Source: Octopus vulgaris (lineage: Eukaryota). From it: a stretch of DNA of 64,000 bases. The stretch spans positions 24,428,001 to 24,492,000 of the forward strand of contig OX597830.1 in assembly GCA_951406725.2 (NCBI GenBank). The letters run 5' to 3'. Both the position numbers and the translations under genes were made by a program. The notes beneath the pieces were generated by a model, which made no database searches, was not told the origin of the DNA, and worked only from the letters and a program-made list of their open reading frames with translations. Of this stretch, positions 1 through 12,180 are shown piece after piece (the stretch's first letter is position 1; each line of letters opens with the position of its first letter).

Positions 1-527
<527 letters not shown>

Positions 528-540
528 TATATATATATAC

Positions 541-1927
541 CGACCGGTGAAAATTGGGATATTGTGCTATAGGGAAGACTCCCCCAAAATGCTACTTGTG
601 TGGCATGAGGGAGCATATGCGAAGGAAATGCCCGAATACAGAAGTTTAGAAAAGGTTGGAAACAACGGTGGAAGAAAAAGCAGCCGACGAAGTGAAGAAG
701 GAGGGCAATAATAGAACGAATATGGTGAAGAGCAGGAAGAAAGAACGTAAAAAGTCACCAACTTTAGAAGAAACGAAAAAAAGTAAAGGAATAGCAGAGA
801 ATATAACATCAGAACGGTAACACTGAGGAACCAACTATAGAAGAGATAGAGGGAGCGATGGAACTGCAAAACGAAGACGAAATAGAGCGATAAAATCTAG
901 AGTTGTTTAAGCTCAAAGATAAAGAAGAACAGATGGAAGAGACGTATTTGCAGCCGGGAGAAATTACAGATACACAAACGGAACGAAGCGGTAGACTCGA
1001 GAAGGAAAACACAAGAAAAGAGAGAGAACGAGAGGAAGAAGAAATGTCGTGTAAAGAATAAGTGTGGTGAAAAAACGTAGACGGCAATATAATTACGAGT
1101 ATAATGCAACTAATGTTTTAAAAAAAATGTGAATTGAACTGCAAATGAACTGAGAATTGAACTTGTGTTATTGGTTTGTGAAATTGTTGTAAAAAAAAAA
1201 GGAAAAAATGTAATGCTTGGAAAAAAAGATAAAATAGAAAAGGAAAATAGAAAGACTAATGTGAACAATTAATGATATATTTTATACGATAATGATAAGA
1301 AGACCATCGTGGTTTCGCCTCACACTGAGACCCAATGGTATTGAGAATTAATGTGAGAAATACACGGTTCGTCTCGCAGCGGGAGTGAGTCGAACCGTCT
1401 CATTCTCATTATATCTCTTTTACTCTTTTACTTGTTTCAGTCATTTGACTGTGGCCATGCTGGAGCACCGCTTTCAATCGAGCAAATCGACCCCGGGACT
1501 TATTCTTTTGTAAGCCCAGTACTTATTCTATCGGTCTCTTTTGCCGAACCGCTAAGTAACGGGGACATACACACACCAGCATCGGTTGTCAAGCAATGCT
1601 AGGGGGACAAACACAGACAAACAAACACACACACGCTTATATATACATACATATATATGACGGGCTTCTTTCAATTTCCGTCTACCAAATCCACTCACAA
1701 GGCTTTGGTCGGCCCGAGGCTATAGTAGAAGACACTTGCCCAAGGTGCCACGCAGTGGGACTGAACCCGGAACCATGTGGTTGGTAAACAAGCTACTTAC
1801 CACACAGCCACTCCTGCGCCCTTTATATGTTAATCATTCCATCCATCATACCTCATTTGTTTTATGTTCCCGTTTGTCTTGTTATGTCCCCTCTATATAA
1901 TCAGGCCATTGTGCCTATGATAAAGAA
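541..1927 (+). mobile_element. Tx1/L1-like element 1: decayed ORF1 C-terminus (CCHC knuckle) running directly into a 3' UTR, no ORF2
   Basis: 590-631 encodes CYLCGMREHMRRKC (CX2CX4HX4C). A purine-rich charged tail with stops follows. The 3' end AGGCCATTGTGCCTATGATAAAGAA resembles the end at 3546-3569. Interrupted by a SINE at 1415-1820. Confidence 0.7.
1415..1820 (-). mobile_element. tRNA-derived SINE family A (CORE-like centre, internal microsatellite, CR1-type tail), full length
   Basis: Minus-strand head GGCGCAGGAGTGGCTGTGTGG...GGTTCAGTCCC, then GGCACCTTGGGCAAGTG, tail GACTGAAACAAGTAAAAGAG; many copies in the window. Confidence 0.92.
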
Positions 1928-1951
1928 AAAAGCAAGCCATGCTACTCCAGA

Positions 1952-3569
1952 GCCGTTTTTGAATTTATTTTTGAGAAGTGAGATGGGCTGATGCGAAACC
2001 GTCATGCTGGGCTGTGCAAGGGAAGCTGAAGAAATGCGCGGGAAACCGAGAACACATACGAGATAGAGGATGTGAATATAGAGTGTGATATGGACAAGTT
2101 GAGGAAGTACAGCAAAATGGGGAAACTAGAAGGAACGAACATAAAACTAGTCATGCCAGAAGAAGAGAAAACAGAAGAGGCAAAAAAACAGAAATTTTTA
2201 GAACATTTTCTAATGAGAACAGAAAGGTTGAGAGAGCCCCAGAAAATGAAATAGAAGATCTAATAATGAGCTGTATTGACAAGGAAATAATTTTCCTCAC
2301 AAAAGGAAAAGATTACAGGGCAGTCGCAGTAACGTTTAGAACGGAAGAAGAGGCAGCACAGAACGCTAAAGACGTGATAGAAGGAGACGAATGGATGCTA
2401 TTACCATGCACACCAGGGAAGAAATTAGTAAAAATCAGAGTTGAGCAGATACCACCAATGATAGAGCCTGAGTGGGTGATAGTGGGCATTTTAGGCGAAA
2501 GACTGCAGGAGAAGAACTCGGGTATCTTTTCGGTTTGAACAGCAGTTTTTCCTAGCGGTGTAATATGAAATTGTCACCCATAATTATGACCCTAGTATCG
2601 ATCTATTGCATTTCAATCTGTTTTAGGGTTAGGGTTAGGGTTAGGGGTGGGGGGAAGGGTATATTTTTTTCTTCACAAATGTAAATAAACCCAATCTATT
2701 TCTTAAACGAGGGACATATTCATACAGCACAGAATGTTCTTTACCTCAATAGACGCCAGTGATTGGTTGAAATTGCAGAAATTGAAGAAAATAACAACAA
2801 ATATCTTACAAACTATATAATTTTCTCAATAAAGCCAAGAGAAAAAAATGTTTTATAAACACATTCTACCAGTATACGAGGTTTAAATTTTTTTAATTAC
2901 CTAGAAATTATGTTAAAAACTGCCGTTCAAACCGAAAAGATCCCAAACGAGTATTTAAAAATGTTATTTTTGTTGGAAAGAAAAGGGACATATATGAACG
3001 TTTGATTTTAAGGCAGGAAACGAAAGGAAAGGCCACGGTTTCGCATTGCAGCGAAACTAGAGGTGGGTTTTAAGATTAATTGTAAAGTGTATTTGTAAAG
3101 TTAATTGTAAAGTTTAACCATAAAGCGTGCTTGTAAAGTTTTATTGTAAAGTTAAATGTAAAGTTTAATGTTATTTTTATTGGAAAAAAGGGACACATAT
3201 GAACGTTCATTTTAAAAGGCAGGAAACGAAAGCAAAGGTCACAGTTTCACATTGCACGAAACTAGAGGTGGTTTTAAGATGAATTGTAAAGTGTATTTGT
3301 AAAGTTAATTGTAAAGTTTAATGATAAAGTGTGTTTCTAAAGAGTTAGTGTAAAGTTTAATAGTACAAACAAGTATTTAAAATGTTATTTTTGTTGGGGA
3401 GAAAAGGAATTGTAAAGGTATTCACGGCTCGTCTCGCAGTGGGGGCGAGATGACCGTCTCATTTGCATCATAATTATATTCATTCCATTATCATTTTCCA
3501 TTCGTTTTTATGTCCCGCATGTTTTTGTATGTCCCCTCAGTATGCAGGCCTTGTGCCTATAATAAAGAG
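1952..3569 (+). mobile_element. Tx1/L1-like element 2: ORF1 N-terminal half plus 3' UTR, flanked by a 24-bp direct repeat
   Basis: ORF pieces 2072-2254 and 2266-2520 (VAVTFRTEEEA...LLPCTPGKKLVKIRVEQIPP) resemble the ORF1 fragment at 27940-28250. AAAAGCAAGCCATGCTACTCCAGA occurs at 1928-1951 and 3570-3593. AATAAA near the 3' end. Confidence 0.75.
2520..2944. mobile_element. MITE with ~30-bp TIRs and an internal (TTAGGG)4 tract
   Basis: GGGTATCTTTTCGGTTTGAACAGCAGTTTTT and AAAAACTGCCGTTCAAACCGAAAAGATCCC are inverted repeats; TTAGGG repeats at 2623-2646. Confidence 0.8.
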
Positions 3570-3588
3570 AAAAGCAAGCCATGCTACT

Positions 3589-3628
3589 CCAGACTGATGA
3601 CGAGCAAGACTCAGAAACATGTCTCTGG
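3589..3628 (+). ncRNA. Minimal type I hammerhead ribozyme
   Basis: CCAGA-CTGATGA-cGAG caaga CTCa-GAAA-CATG-TC^-TCTGG. Helix I is CCAGA/TCTGG, helix III is the palindrome ACATGT, cleavage triplet GUC (cut after 3623). A C-A mismatch closes helix II. Confidence 0.75.
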
Positions 3629-3779
3629 GTGCAGACTTAGGTGGATGGGGGTGCTTGTATCCCCCTTTCAAACATAAGGACACAGGAAATGTGTCAAGGC
3701 CGACAGGAAGCGTTGATGCTTCCTAGGGCTAAATAGCAATGGTGTGATTCCCTTTATGGGACTGTCATGTTAAGTTGAA

Positions 3780-3780
<1 letters not shown>

Positions 3781-3841
<61 letters not shown>

Positions 3842-3884
3842 TTATATACATATATTTATATACATATATTTATATACATATATG

Positions 3885-3942
<58 letters not shown>

Positions 3943-3965
3943 GTTTATATATATATATATATACG

Positions 3966-4024
<59 letters not shown>
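3781..4024. repeat. (TA)n/(TG)n compound microsatellite
   Basis: Direct reading. Confidence 0.97.
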
Positions 4025-4027
<3 letters not shown>

Positions 4028-4089
4028 ACTAAACTCAGGTCTCGACACACAAAGAGGATGTTCTTGAAGCCGGGGATTTTGAACTTACG

Positions 4090-4569
4090 GAGACAATATT
4101 TACATATCGATTAAACTGAACCGTAACTAATCTGCACATCCTCCGAAAATTCACGGATGGTAACTCGATAATTTCCCTTCAGAGTTACACGCACATCTGC
4201 TTTTTTTATGCGGCTCTCCCAGAACGTTCGTCAGTATCGACATTTTTTCGGCCATCATGGGAACTTCTGAACCACTCGTACACTTGTGCGCGACTCATAC
4301 ACTCCTCTCCGTACACTTTCTGCAACTTAGCTTAAGCCTCTGAGCAGGTATCGCTATAACAACTTTCCCTGTCATGGTCAATGCGACGATCACATGCTAC
4401 ACCCGTTCCTTTCAAGCACTGCTGTAAACAGCGGAAGTAAGCTAGAACGTTAAAATTAAGTGCCCATGCATAACAGAGTTCAAAGTCAATTTTTGCCAAG
4501 CGACTTAACTATGTGTGCTTTGGCTTCGTTACTATGGCAACATTCCAGGTACTTATTGATCAGATCTCG
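4090..4569 (-). mobile_element. Decayed mariner element: 5' TIR plus N-terminal transposase remnant
   Basis: Minus strand begins TA|CGAGATCTGATCAATAAGT and translates to KLQKVYGEECMSRAQVYEWFR...DERSGR (mariner HTH region). Confidence 0.75.
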
Positions 4570-4948
4570 TATGTGATACAGAGATGCATAGGTAACATGT
4601 CCTGTATATTATATATAATACAGAGGACAGCCGAAAGGTTAAATGAATTAAACTGTAGAACAGGTTTATGTAAGGTAAAAATAATAATGTGGAGGCCATG
4701 TTTTCTTTGAGCTTTCCGTAGTAAAAGTTCGACGGTTATTTTCCAACGTAAGGACGGTGATAGCTAGAACCATGTGCAGGCATGGGTATGTGGGTAAGAG
4801 GTCCGCTTTGCAGCCACGTAGTTTTGCGTTCGGCCCCACTGCACGGCATCTGGCTTTGTGAGTGAATTTGTTAGACAGAGAGAGACTGTGTGGGAGTCTG
4901 TCCTGTATATGCACTTGTGCGTGCGTAAGTGTGTGCGTGCGTGTGTGT

Positions 4949-5013
<65 letters not shown>

Positions 5014-6390
5014 CGTGTGTATGTGTGTTTAGTGTGTGTGAGAAAACTTATTCTATCGAGTTCTTTTGCCGAACCGTTAAGTTACGGGGATGTAAAAAAC
5101 CAAAATCATTTGTTAAGCGATGGAGTGGGAACAAATGCAAGCACACACTCCCACTTGCGTGTAGTAAGTAAGAGTGTGTGTGTGTGTGTTTGTACTTGCC
5201 CACACGCATGTGGCAATTGATGTTGGTTTGTTTACGTCTCTTAACGTAACGGTTCGCCAAAAAGAGGGGGAGAGAGGCGGGGAGAGGTGGGGAGAGAGGA
5301 AGAGAGAGAGAGAGTAAGTACCAAACTGCCAAGAATGTAAGTACTAAGATAGATTTTTTCCACTAAACCTATCATGGCAGTGCCACAGAATGAACGCAGT
5401 CCAATGACTGAAGCAGTTAGAGGAATACAAGAATAAAAGAATAAGGAAATCATGTAAATAATTCCTACACCACTGAGGCATCGAACTCATTTTAAAACGG
5501 TTAAATAAAATGTACTTTTAGAAGGGGTTTCTGGGATTAACTGGTGTGTAATGTTTAAATTTATCATGAATAATTTTAGACCATATATGTGTGTATGTTG
5601 CAGGGTGAGTGTGTGTATGTGTGTGTGTGTGTGAGAGAGAGAGAGAGGGGGGGCACACGTGTTTTTGTGCATGAGCATGTGTGTGTGTGTGTGTGTGTTT
5701 TGTGAATGTGTGTGACCGTTTGTGTGTCAGCGCTCCTGTCTTTGTGTTTGACCCCACACTGTTTGACAAATCCGGTGTTGTATTGTTTACGTCCCCGTAA
5801 CTTAGCGGCTCCGAAGAACGAACCGATATAATAAGTACTAGACTTTAACAAAAGCGAGTACTAGACAGAACCATAGCTAGGGGGAAGGCAATGCTGCCGG
5901 TTCGGCCCGGGCGACGCTTTAACGGGACAGCACTTTGGGGTTTGTTGTACACGCCTGTGTATGCTTGGGTCCCCCGGAGCTGGAGATGCAAACTCAAGTG
6001 GTGCACAATGCGGTACACACTCTAACTATTCCACTCTACCCCCGGACTAATATATTATAAACATATAATATATTAGTCATATCTTACCATCTTACCATCT
6101 TCAAACGAAAAATCCTTGATACTATTTCTGGGAATGCTTTGTTGATAGGTATGGATCATCAGAAGAGACCAAGGGATTAGAAGAAGAAAAAAACATTATA
6201 ATATGATTAAGCTCGTGAGAGATACTCTACATCTTCGCTTGGGTTGATGGAAATAATAATCACACAAGGCTCAGAATCAAATCTCACCATTTTTTTTAAA
6301 TGGCATGTTTTTGACAACGTAGTTTTAGTTATAAGAAAGAATAAGCCAGGTTGTTCATAGTACAAACACCTGGAATCTAATATATTTGAT

Positions 6391-7102
6391 CAGGCCTGGC
6401 CAACTCGAATTACATTCAGGGTCACGTTAATCACAGAAAGTGTTTTGAGGACCGCTTGTGTACTGACAGAATTGAAAGCATTTTGCTTTCTCGTGCTATT
6501 GGGGAAGCACTCCGTCGGTTACGACGACAAGGGTTCCGGTTGTTCCGATCAACGAAACAGCCTGCTCGTGAAATTAACGTGTAAGTGGCTGAGCACTCCA
6601 CAGACACGTGTACCCTTAACGTAGTTCTCGGGGATATTCAGCGTAACACAGAGAGTGACAAGCCCGGCCCTTTGAAATACAGGTACAACAGAAACAGGAA
6701 GTAAGAGTGAGAGAAAGTTGTGGTGAAAGAGTACAGCAGGGATCACCACCATCCCTGCCGGAGCCTCGTGGAGCTTTATGTGTTTTCGCTCAATAAACAC
6801 TCACAACGCCCGGTCTGGGAATCGAAACCGCGATCCTACGACCGCGAGTCCGCTGCCCTAACCACTGGGCGGGCCATTGCGCCTCCACCACTCTCGTGCT
6901 ATTATTACAATAATGAATGAATGATCGTTGATTCAACATGAAATATTATCGTTGCAAAAATTGTAAGATCTTTCTTTTTAACTTTTCATTACAATCTTTA
7001 ATTTTTTATAAAATTTCAAAAATAATTGTTTAAATATACTTATTACTAGAAAGAATCAAACAGGTCGCATGCGGCCCGCGGACCTCAGGTTGGTCAACCC
7101 TG
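6391..7102. mobile_element. hAT (Charlie-like) non-autonomous element interrupted by a SINE
   Basis: Ends CAGGCCTGGCCAAC and GTTGGTCAACCCTG; subterminal GCATGCGGCCCGCGG. Confidence 0.65.
6501..6891 (-). mobile_element. tRNA-derived SINE family C, full length, 12-bp TSD
   Basis: A/B-box-like head on the minus strand. TSD TCTCGTGCTATT at 6489-6500 and 6892-6903. Other copies at 12181, 35178 and 55397. Confidence 0.9.
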
Positions 7103-7659
7103 TTTCTGACATAAGTGTAAGTTCCTAAATTTAGGGTGACAGAGCTTTTCAGTTATATTAGTTCCGGTATTTGACTAGTACTTTGTTTTATTGACACGCA
7201 GAAAGACGATAAGCAAAGCTGACCTGAGCTGGATTTGAAACCGGAATAAAAAATACTGCAGTTAAATACTGCAATGCGATTTGGCGCTGTAACGATTCTG
7301 CCAAATCAACATCTGCGTTATAAAAGTTTTATGTAAGGGAGACAACTGCAGATCTTATACATTTAAAGGTAATAAGAGTTACTTCCCTTGACACCGCTTA
7401 TTGCAGTGAATATATAACCTTACACTAACGATTCTGCCAGTTCGTAGCCCTAATAATAACAATAACAACAACAACAGCAATAATAATAATAAAGATGATG
7501 ATGATGATTTCTTTATTAACCACAAGGGTTTACATTAAGAAAAACATTATGAACAGTACAAGGCAAACGAATGAATGTGTGTGTGCGGCGGGACAGGAGG
7601 GGACTAATCGATTACATCGACTTCAGTGTTCTAACGATTCTGCTAGCTCGCCGCCTTAT

Positions 7660-7690
<31 letters not shown>

Positions 7691-7693
7691 GAT

Positions 7694-7729
<36 letters not shown>

Positions 7730-7743
7730 AATAATAATGTTTG

Positions 7744-8413
7744 TGATGCATGTGCCTGGTGTACCTTTATCAGATGGGTAGTCATGATGGATATACTGGG
7801 CTTCGTATATTTTTCCCCAGTGTCACTTTGATGGCATACACTGCTCTCTCACTCAATAATAAATTGCCCTGATGCAGTACCAGACAGTGGCTATCATGGC
7901 TTCTGATCTTAACTGATTGGAAGTGTTATCATGTACATTGTTTTGTCTTGGTATAAAAGATGGGCTACAGCAAAATATTCTGCTCAGTACCACAAATTTG
8001 CTTGTCAGTTGTTTGACCTTAACCAGTTGAGCATGTCCCTTAGTGGCTGACGATATGTGCATCTCTGATCACGAGCAGAAGTAGTGGGGGGAGCATCATA
8101 TCCATGTGTTGAGAGGGATTCTTAAAGGTTTGGATAATTCACCTTTGGAAACATGGGTGGTTCGTTCAACATCCTTAAACAATGCTTATTCAGGGACCTT
8201 TTGAGCGGGATGGACTACTCGACCAGAAGAAAATTCTAACTGGGCCCCACCTGCAAGGTCATGCGCTGTTTATCTTGATATGAGATCATCATGTCGCGCA
8301 CATATGGTTCTGATGCATGTGCCCTTATCAGACAGGTAGTCATGATGGGTATACTGGGCTTCGTATAATTTACCCCAGTATCACTTTGATGGCATGCACT
8401 GCTCTCTCACTCA
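7744..8413 (+). mobile_element. (TAA)n-associated non-coding repeat: a ~550-bp copy preceded by a 5'-truncated second copy
   Basis: The ~110-bp 3' segment TGATGCATGTG...CTGCTCTCTCACTCAATAAT occurs at 7744-7860 and 8311-8418; embedded in AAT/AAC runs. Confidence 0.65.
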
Positions 8414-8668
<255 letters not shown>

Positions 8669-8921
8669 TTTGGCGCAAGGTCAGCATTCCCGGGGTGCGG
8701 CGGAACTGGTAATTATTTTATCGATCCCGAAAGAATGAAAGGTAAAGTCGATCTTGAAAAGGGAAATGAAGGTAGAGAAAAAAATACTGCCTCCAGGCAA
8801 TTTTATGAGTGAAAAAAAAGGTGGGTGAATGTGGCAAGAATAGTCCGAGTGAACGGGTCTACTCTACGCTTAGGCTTGTAAATTGAAGGACAACGATGTG
8901 GAGAGGAAGGATCCTTACCGT

Positions 8922-9140
8922 AGTAATCAACCGAATATGAACCATTTTGTTGTACAATGCGTCTCCATCTTTCCTTTAACTTGAAAATACCCTCTACCCA
9001 GAATTGAGGTGGTTTCATGGCAAAGAATTCATCAAGGTATCTTTTTACGTCATCCAAGGAAATGAATTTTTACCTCTGCGGAGACCTGGATAAGTGGTAA
9101 TCCGAAGGAGTAACATCTGGTGAATGTAGAGGATGCAGCA
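8922..9140 (-). pseudogene. Mariner transposase C-terminal fragment
   Basis: HPLHSPDVTPSDYHL (variant of YSPDLAPSDY) followed by LDEFFAMKPPQFWVEGIFKLKERWRRIVQQNGSY. Confidence 0.85.
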
Positions 9141-9285
9141 ATTTTTGTCTGGTTCCCAAAGCATCAAATGCCAAAAATGAACTTTCTTATCTTCCGTTTT
9201 AAAGGGTTACAGAATTACAGGGTTACAGGTTATAGGAACATAAACCTTTTTCCACGAAAAGATAGCTTAAACTGTGCTCTAAATG

Positions 9286-9385
9286 NNNNNNNNNNNNNNN
9301 NNNNNNNNNNNNNNNNNNNNNNNNNNNNNNNNNNNNNNNNNNNNNNNNNNNNNNNNNNNNNNNNNNNNNNNNNNNNNNNNNNNNN
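9286..9385. other. Assembly gap (100 N)
   Basis: Run of N. Confidence 0.99.
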
Positions 9386-10120
9386 ACCGAAGTGTCATTT
9401 TGCTGCCACAAACAAAGCCCTCTACAGCCTACTTTTAAAGCAGTAACTGTTAATATATGCCATAAGATTTACTTCACACATACCAACAACCCATTGGGTT
9501 CTCTTACATGAGATCTGAACTCTCTTAATCTTGCAATCGACTGAACTAATTGCAAGTACTTTGCAGTATACTTTTACTTACCGTATATTTTTACTTACAC
9601 TTCCATAAACCTTATTTCTAGTTTTTCCTTCATTTGGATCAATTTCAAATGAAGTTTCAAGATATACAAAATCGTGACCGCAAAACATGAACGTACGAAA
9701 CTACTTTTGATTCAATGCCAGATGAAACACCTGAATTTTTTTAACTCGCATTACTTCATTTGTAACTGGATAATACATTGATATAAAATTTTAATAGGTT
9801 ATCTTGTCTTGGAATTTTATTAATCCTGTGTAGTAGATATTCATTTAGGAGGGATCACACGTTGAAAATTGCATCACTGTGTTCTACCACTTAACAATAT
9901 AAACAGTTTCTTCCTCACATTTTCACCCCATGCGCACAAGAGTTAGAGATTATATTAAAGATTTTTTTTCATGTTAATAATAATTGTTTCTAATTTAGGC
10001 ACAATGCCAGAAGTTGTGCGACTCTGCAGGGATGTAATTCTTTGGTGATGAGATTTGAACTCAGAACGTAAAGAGCTAGACCGAAAGCCGTAAAGGACTA
10101 TTTTTTGTGACGCTCTAACG

Positions 10121-10158
<38 letters not shown>

Positions 10159-10165
<7 letters not shown>

Positions 10166-11198
10166 GCCACCTTAGTGAAGGCGGAGGTATTGTTTCCAGT
10201 CGTGTTTGTTTGTTTGTTTGTCCGTGGACAAGATGTCACAAGAACCGCTGAATGGATTGGGATGAAACTTTCAGGGATGTTTGGCCTCGTAATTGGCACG
10301 AACTGATTAGATTTTGGGATCGATCCAGTACAGGATAAGGATTCTGGATTATCTGTTATATTTGCTTTACTTTACATGATTACGATCTTACGTTGACTTT
10401 CAAGTCTTTCTCAATTATCTCCATTTAGGCTGTTTCCAAAGTTTTATTTTCGTTTCTCTATTATTGATTTTACTCGCGTCTCTATCTTAGTAGAGACTGA
10501 TGGATAAAGAAATCAAACTACATAAACAAGCGACAGCAAAACCGTTCAGAAATTAAATAACATTAAAATATTTTTATAATATATATATATTATATATTAT
10601 ACATATTAACTCTTTACAGTATACTTACATATGTACTTACATCTATACATCGATCTAATACAGCAGGAATACTAAAGGAAGGCCGGAATTTAAGAGAAGA
10701 GAAAACCAAAAGGTCTCATGCTATTCATTTAAAAATTCCTGAGTAAAACTTATTATTATTGTCTCCGCCTTTGAAATTATCTTGAATGGTGAATTTGTTA
10801 ACTTTGGCTTATATTAGATAAGGATAAACTATTTATTGCTGTTACTAAATTTTCTACAGCCACCTTCACATTCCATGTGGATCGATGTGGACCTTCACAT
10901 TCCATGTGGATCGATCCCTACCACAGGGATCGATCAGGTACCAGACAAGGATTCTGGATTATTTTACCGATTTTTTTTTAAACTTAATTTTTGAAAGCGG
11001 TCAGGTTCATTTTTAGTATTCTCGTTTGTGAGAGCCAGGAGTGGCTGTGAGGTAAGTAGCTTGCTAACCAGCCACATGGTTCCGGGCTCAGTCCCACTGC
11101 GTGGCATCTTGGGCAAATGTCTTCTGCTATAGCCCCGGGCCGACCAATGCCTTGTGAGTGGATTTGGTAGACGGAAACTGAAAGAAGCCTGTCGTATG

Positions 11199-11294
<96 letters not shown>

Positions 11295-11585
11295 TGTGTC
11301 TGTGTTTGTCACCCTAGCATTGCTTGACAACCGATGCTGGTGTGTTTACGTCCCCGTCACTTAGCAGTTCGGCAAAAGAGACTGATAGAATAAGTACTGG
11401 GCTTACAAAGAATAAGTCCCGGGGTCGACTTGCTCGACTAAAGGCGGTGCTCCTGCATGGCCGCAGTCAAATGACTGAAACAAGTAAAAGAGTAAAAGAG
11501 TAAAAGAGTAAAGAGTATCTCTGGCAAATCGTTCAGAGGACGTTGGTGTTGCCTTGGCGGAGGTTTGCGCGCTCTCTGAGTGCTC

Positions 11586-11588
<3 letters not shown>
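10159..11588 (+). mobile_element. Helentron-associated (HINE/DINE-like) non-autonomous element with nested insertions
   Basis: 5' TTATTACCGCCACC...GGCGGAGGT followed by (GTTT)n; 3' CCTTGGCGGAGGT...GCGCTCTCTGAGTGCT hairpin; sits in (TTA)n. Confidence 0.65.
11034..11515 (+). mobile_element. SINE family A, near full length
   Basis: Same head, core and tail as 1415-1820; internal (TA)n(TG)n; GTAAAAGA tail repeats. Confidence 0.92.
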
Positions 11589-11664
<76 letters not shown>

Positions 11665-11706
11665 TATTATTATTATTTATCATTATTATTATTATTATTA
11701 TTATTT

Positions 11707-11930
11707 AAGGTGGTGAGCTGGGGCAGAATCGTTTGTATGCAGTGCAACAGGCTTAGCGGCATTTCGTCCGTCTTTACGTTGTGAGTTCAAATCCCGCCGA
11801 GGTCGACTTTGCCTTTCATCCTTTCAGAATCAATGAAATAAGTACCAGTTATCAACTGAGATCGATATACTCGACTAGTCACCCCGCTCCACCAAAACTT
11901 CAGGCTTTGTGTCTCTAGTAGAAAGGATGA
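11707..11930 (+). mobile_element. tRNA-derived SINE family B monomer with tail type B
   Basis: Head AGGTGGTGAGCTGG...GAGTTCAAATCC, core GGTCGACTTTGCCTTTCATCCTTTC, tail CAGGCTTTGTGTCTCTAGTAGAAAGG. Confidence 0.85.
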
Positions 11931-12180
11931 TTTCTCTTGATATTTAAAACGTTTACAATTTAATTAATTCCTGCATTTTTTTGGCAGCTATTTGTATAAT
12001 GCCGATGGACTACGCGGAGAGAGGCTTCCGCACAGTCTTTCTGGTGGTGGCGGTCTCGTTGTTCTTTTCCTTTTTTTTATTCCTTGTGTTGGTGCTGGTG
12101 GTGTCGTTGTTTTGTTATTGCTAGTGCTATTCCTCTTCTGCTTGGTGGTAGAGTTGGTGAAAGTAGTAGTAGTAGTAGTA

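Noticed and set aside
2005-2025. CTGATGCGAAACCGTC in the Tx1 5' region as a hammerhead
   Set aside because: No A9 and no helix II between the two core boxes.
2623-2646. TTAGGG repeats as a telomere or chromosome fusion scar
   Set aside because: Only four units, inside a TIR element.
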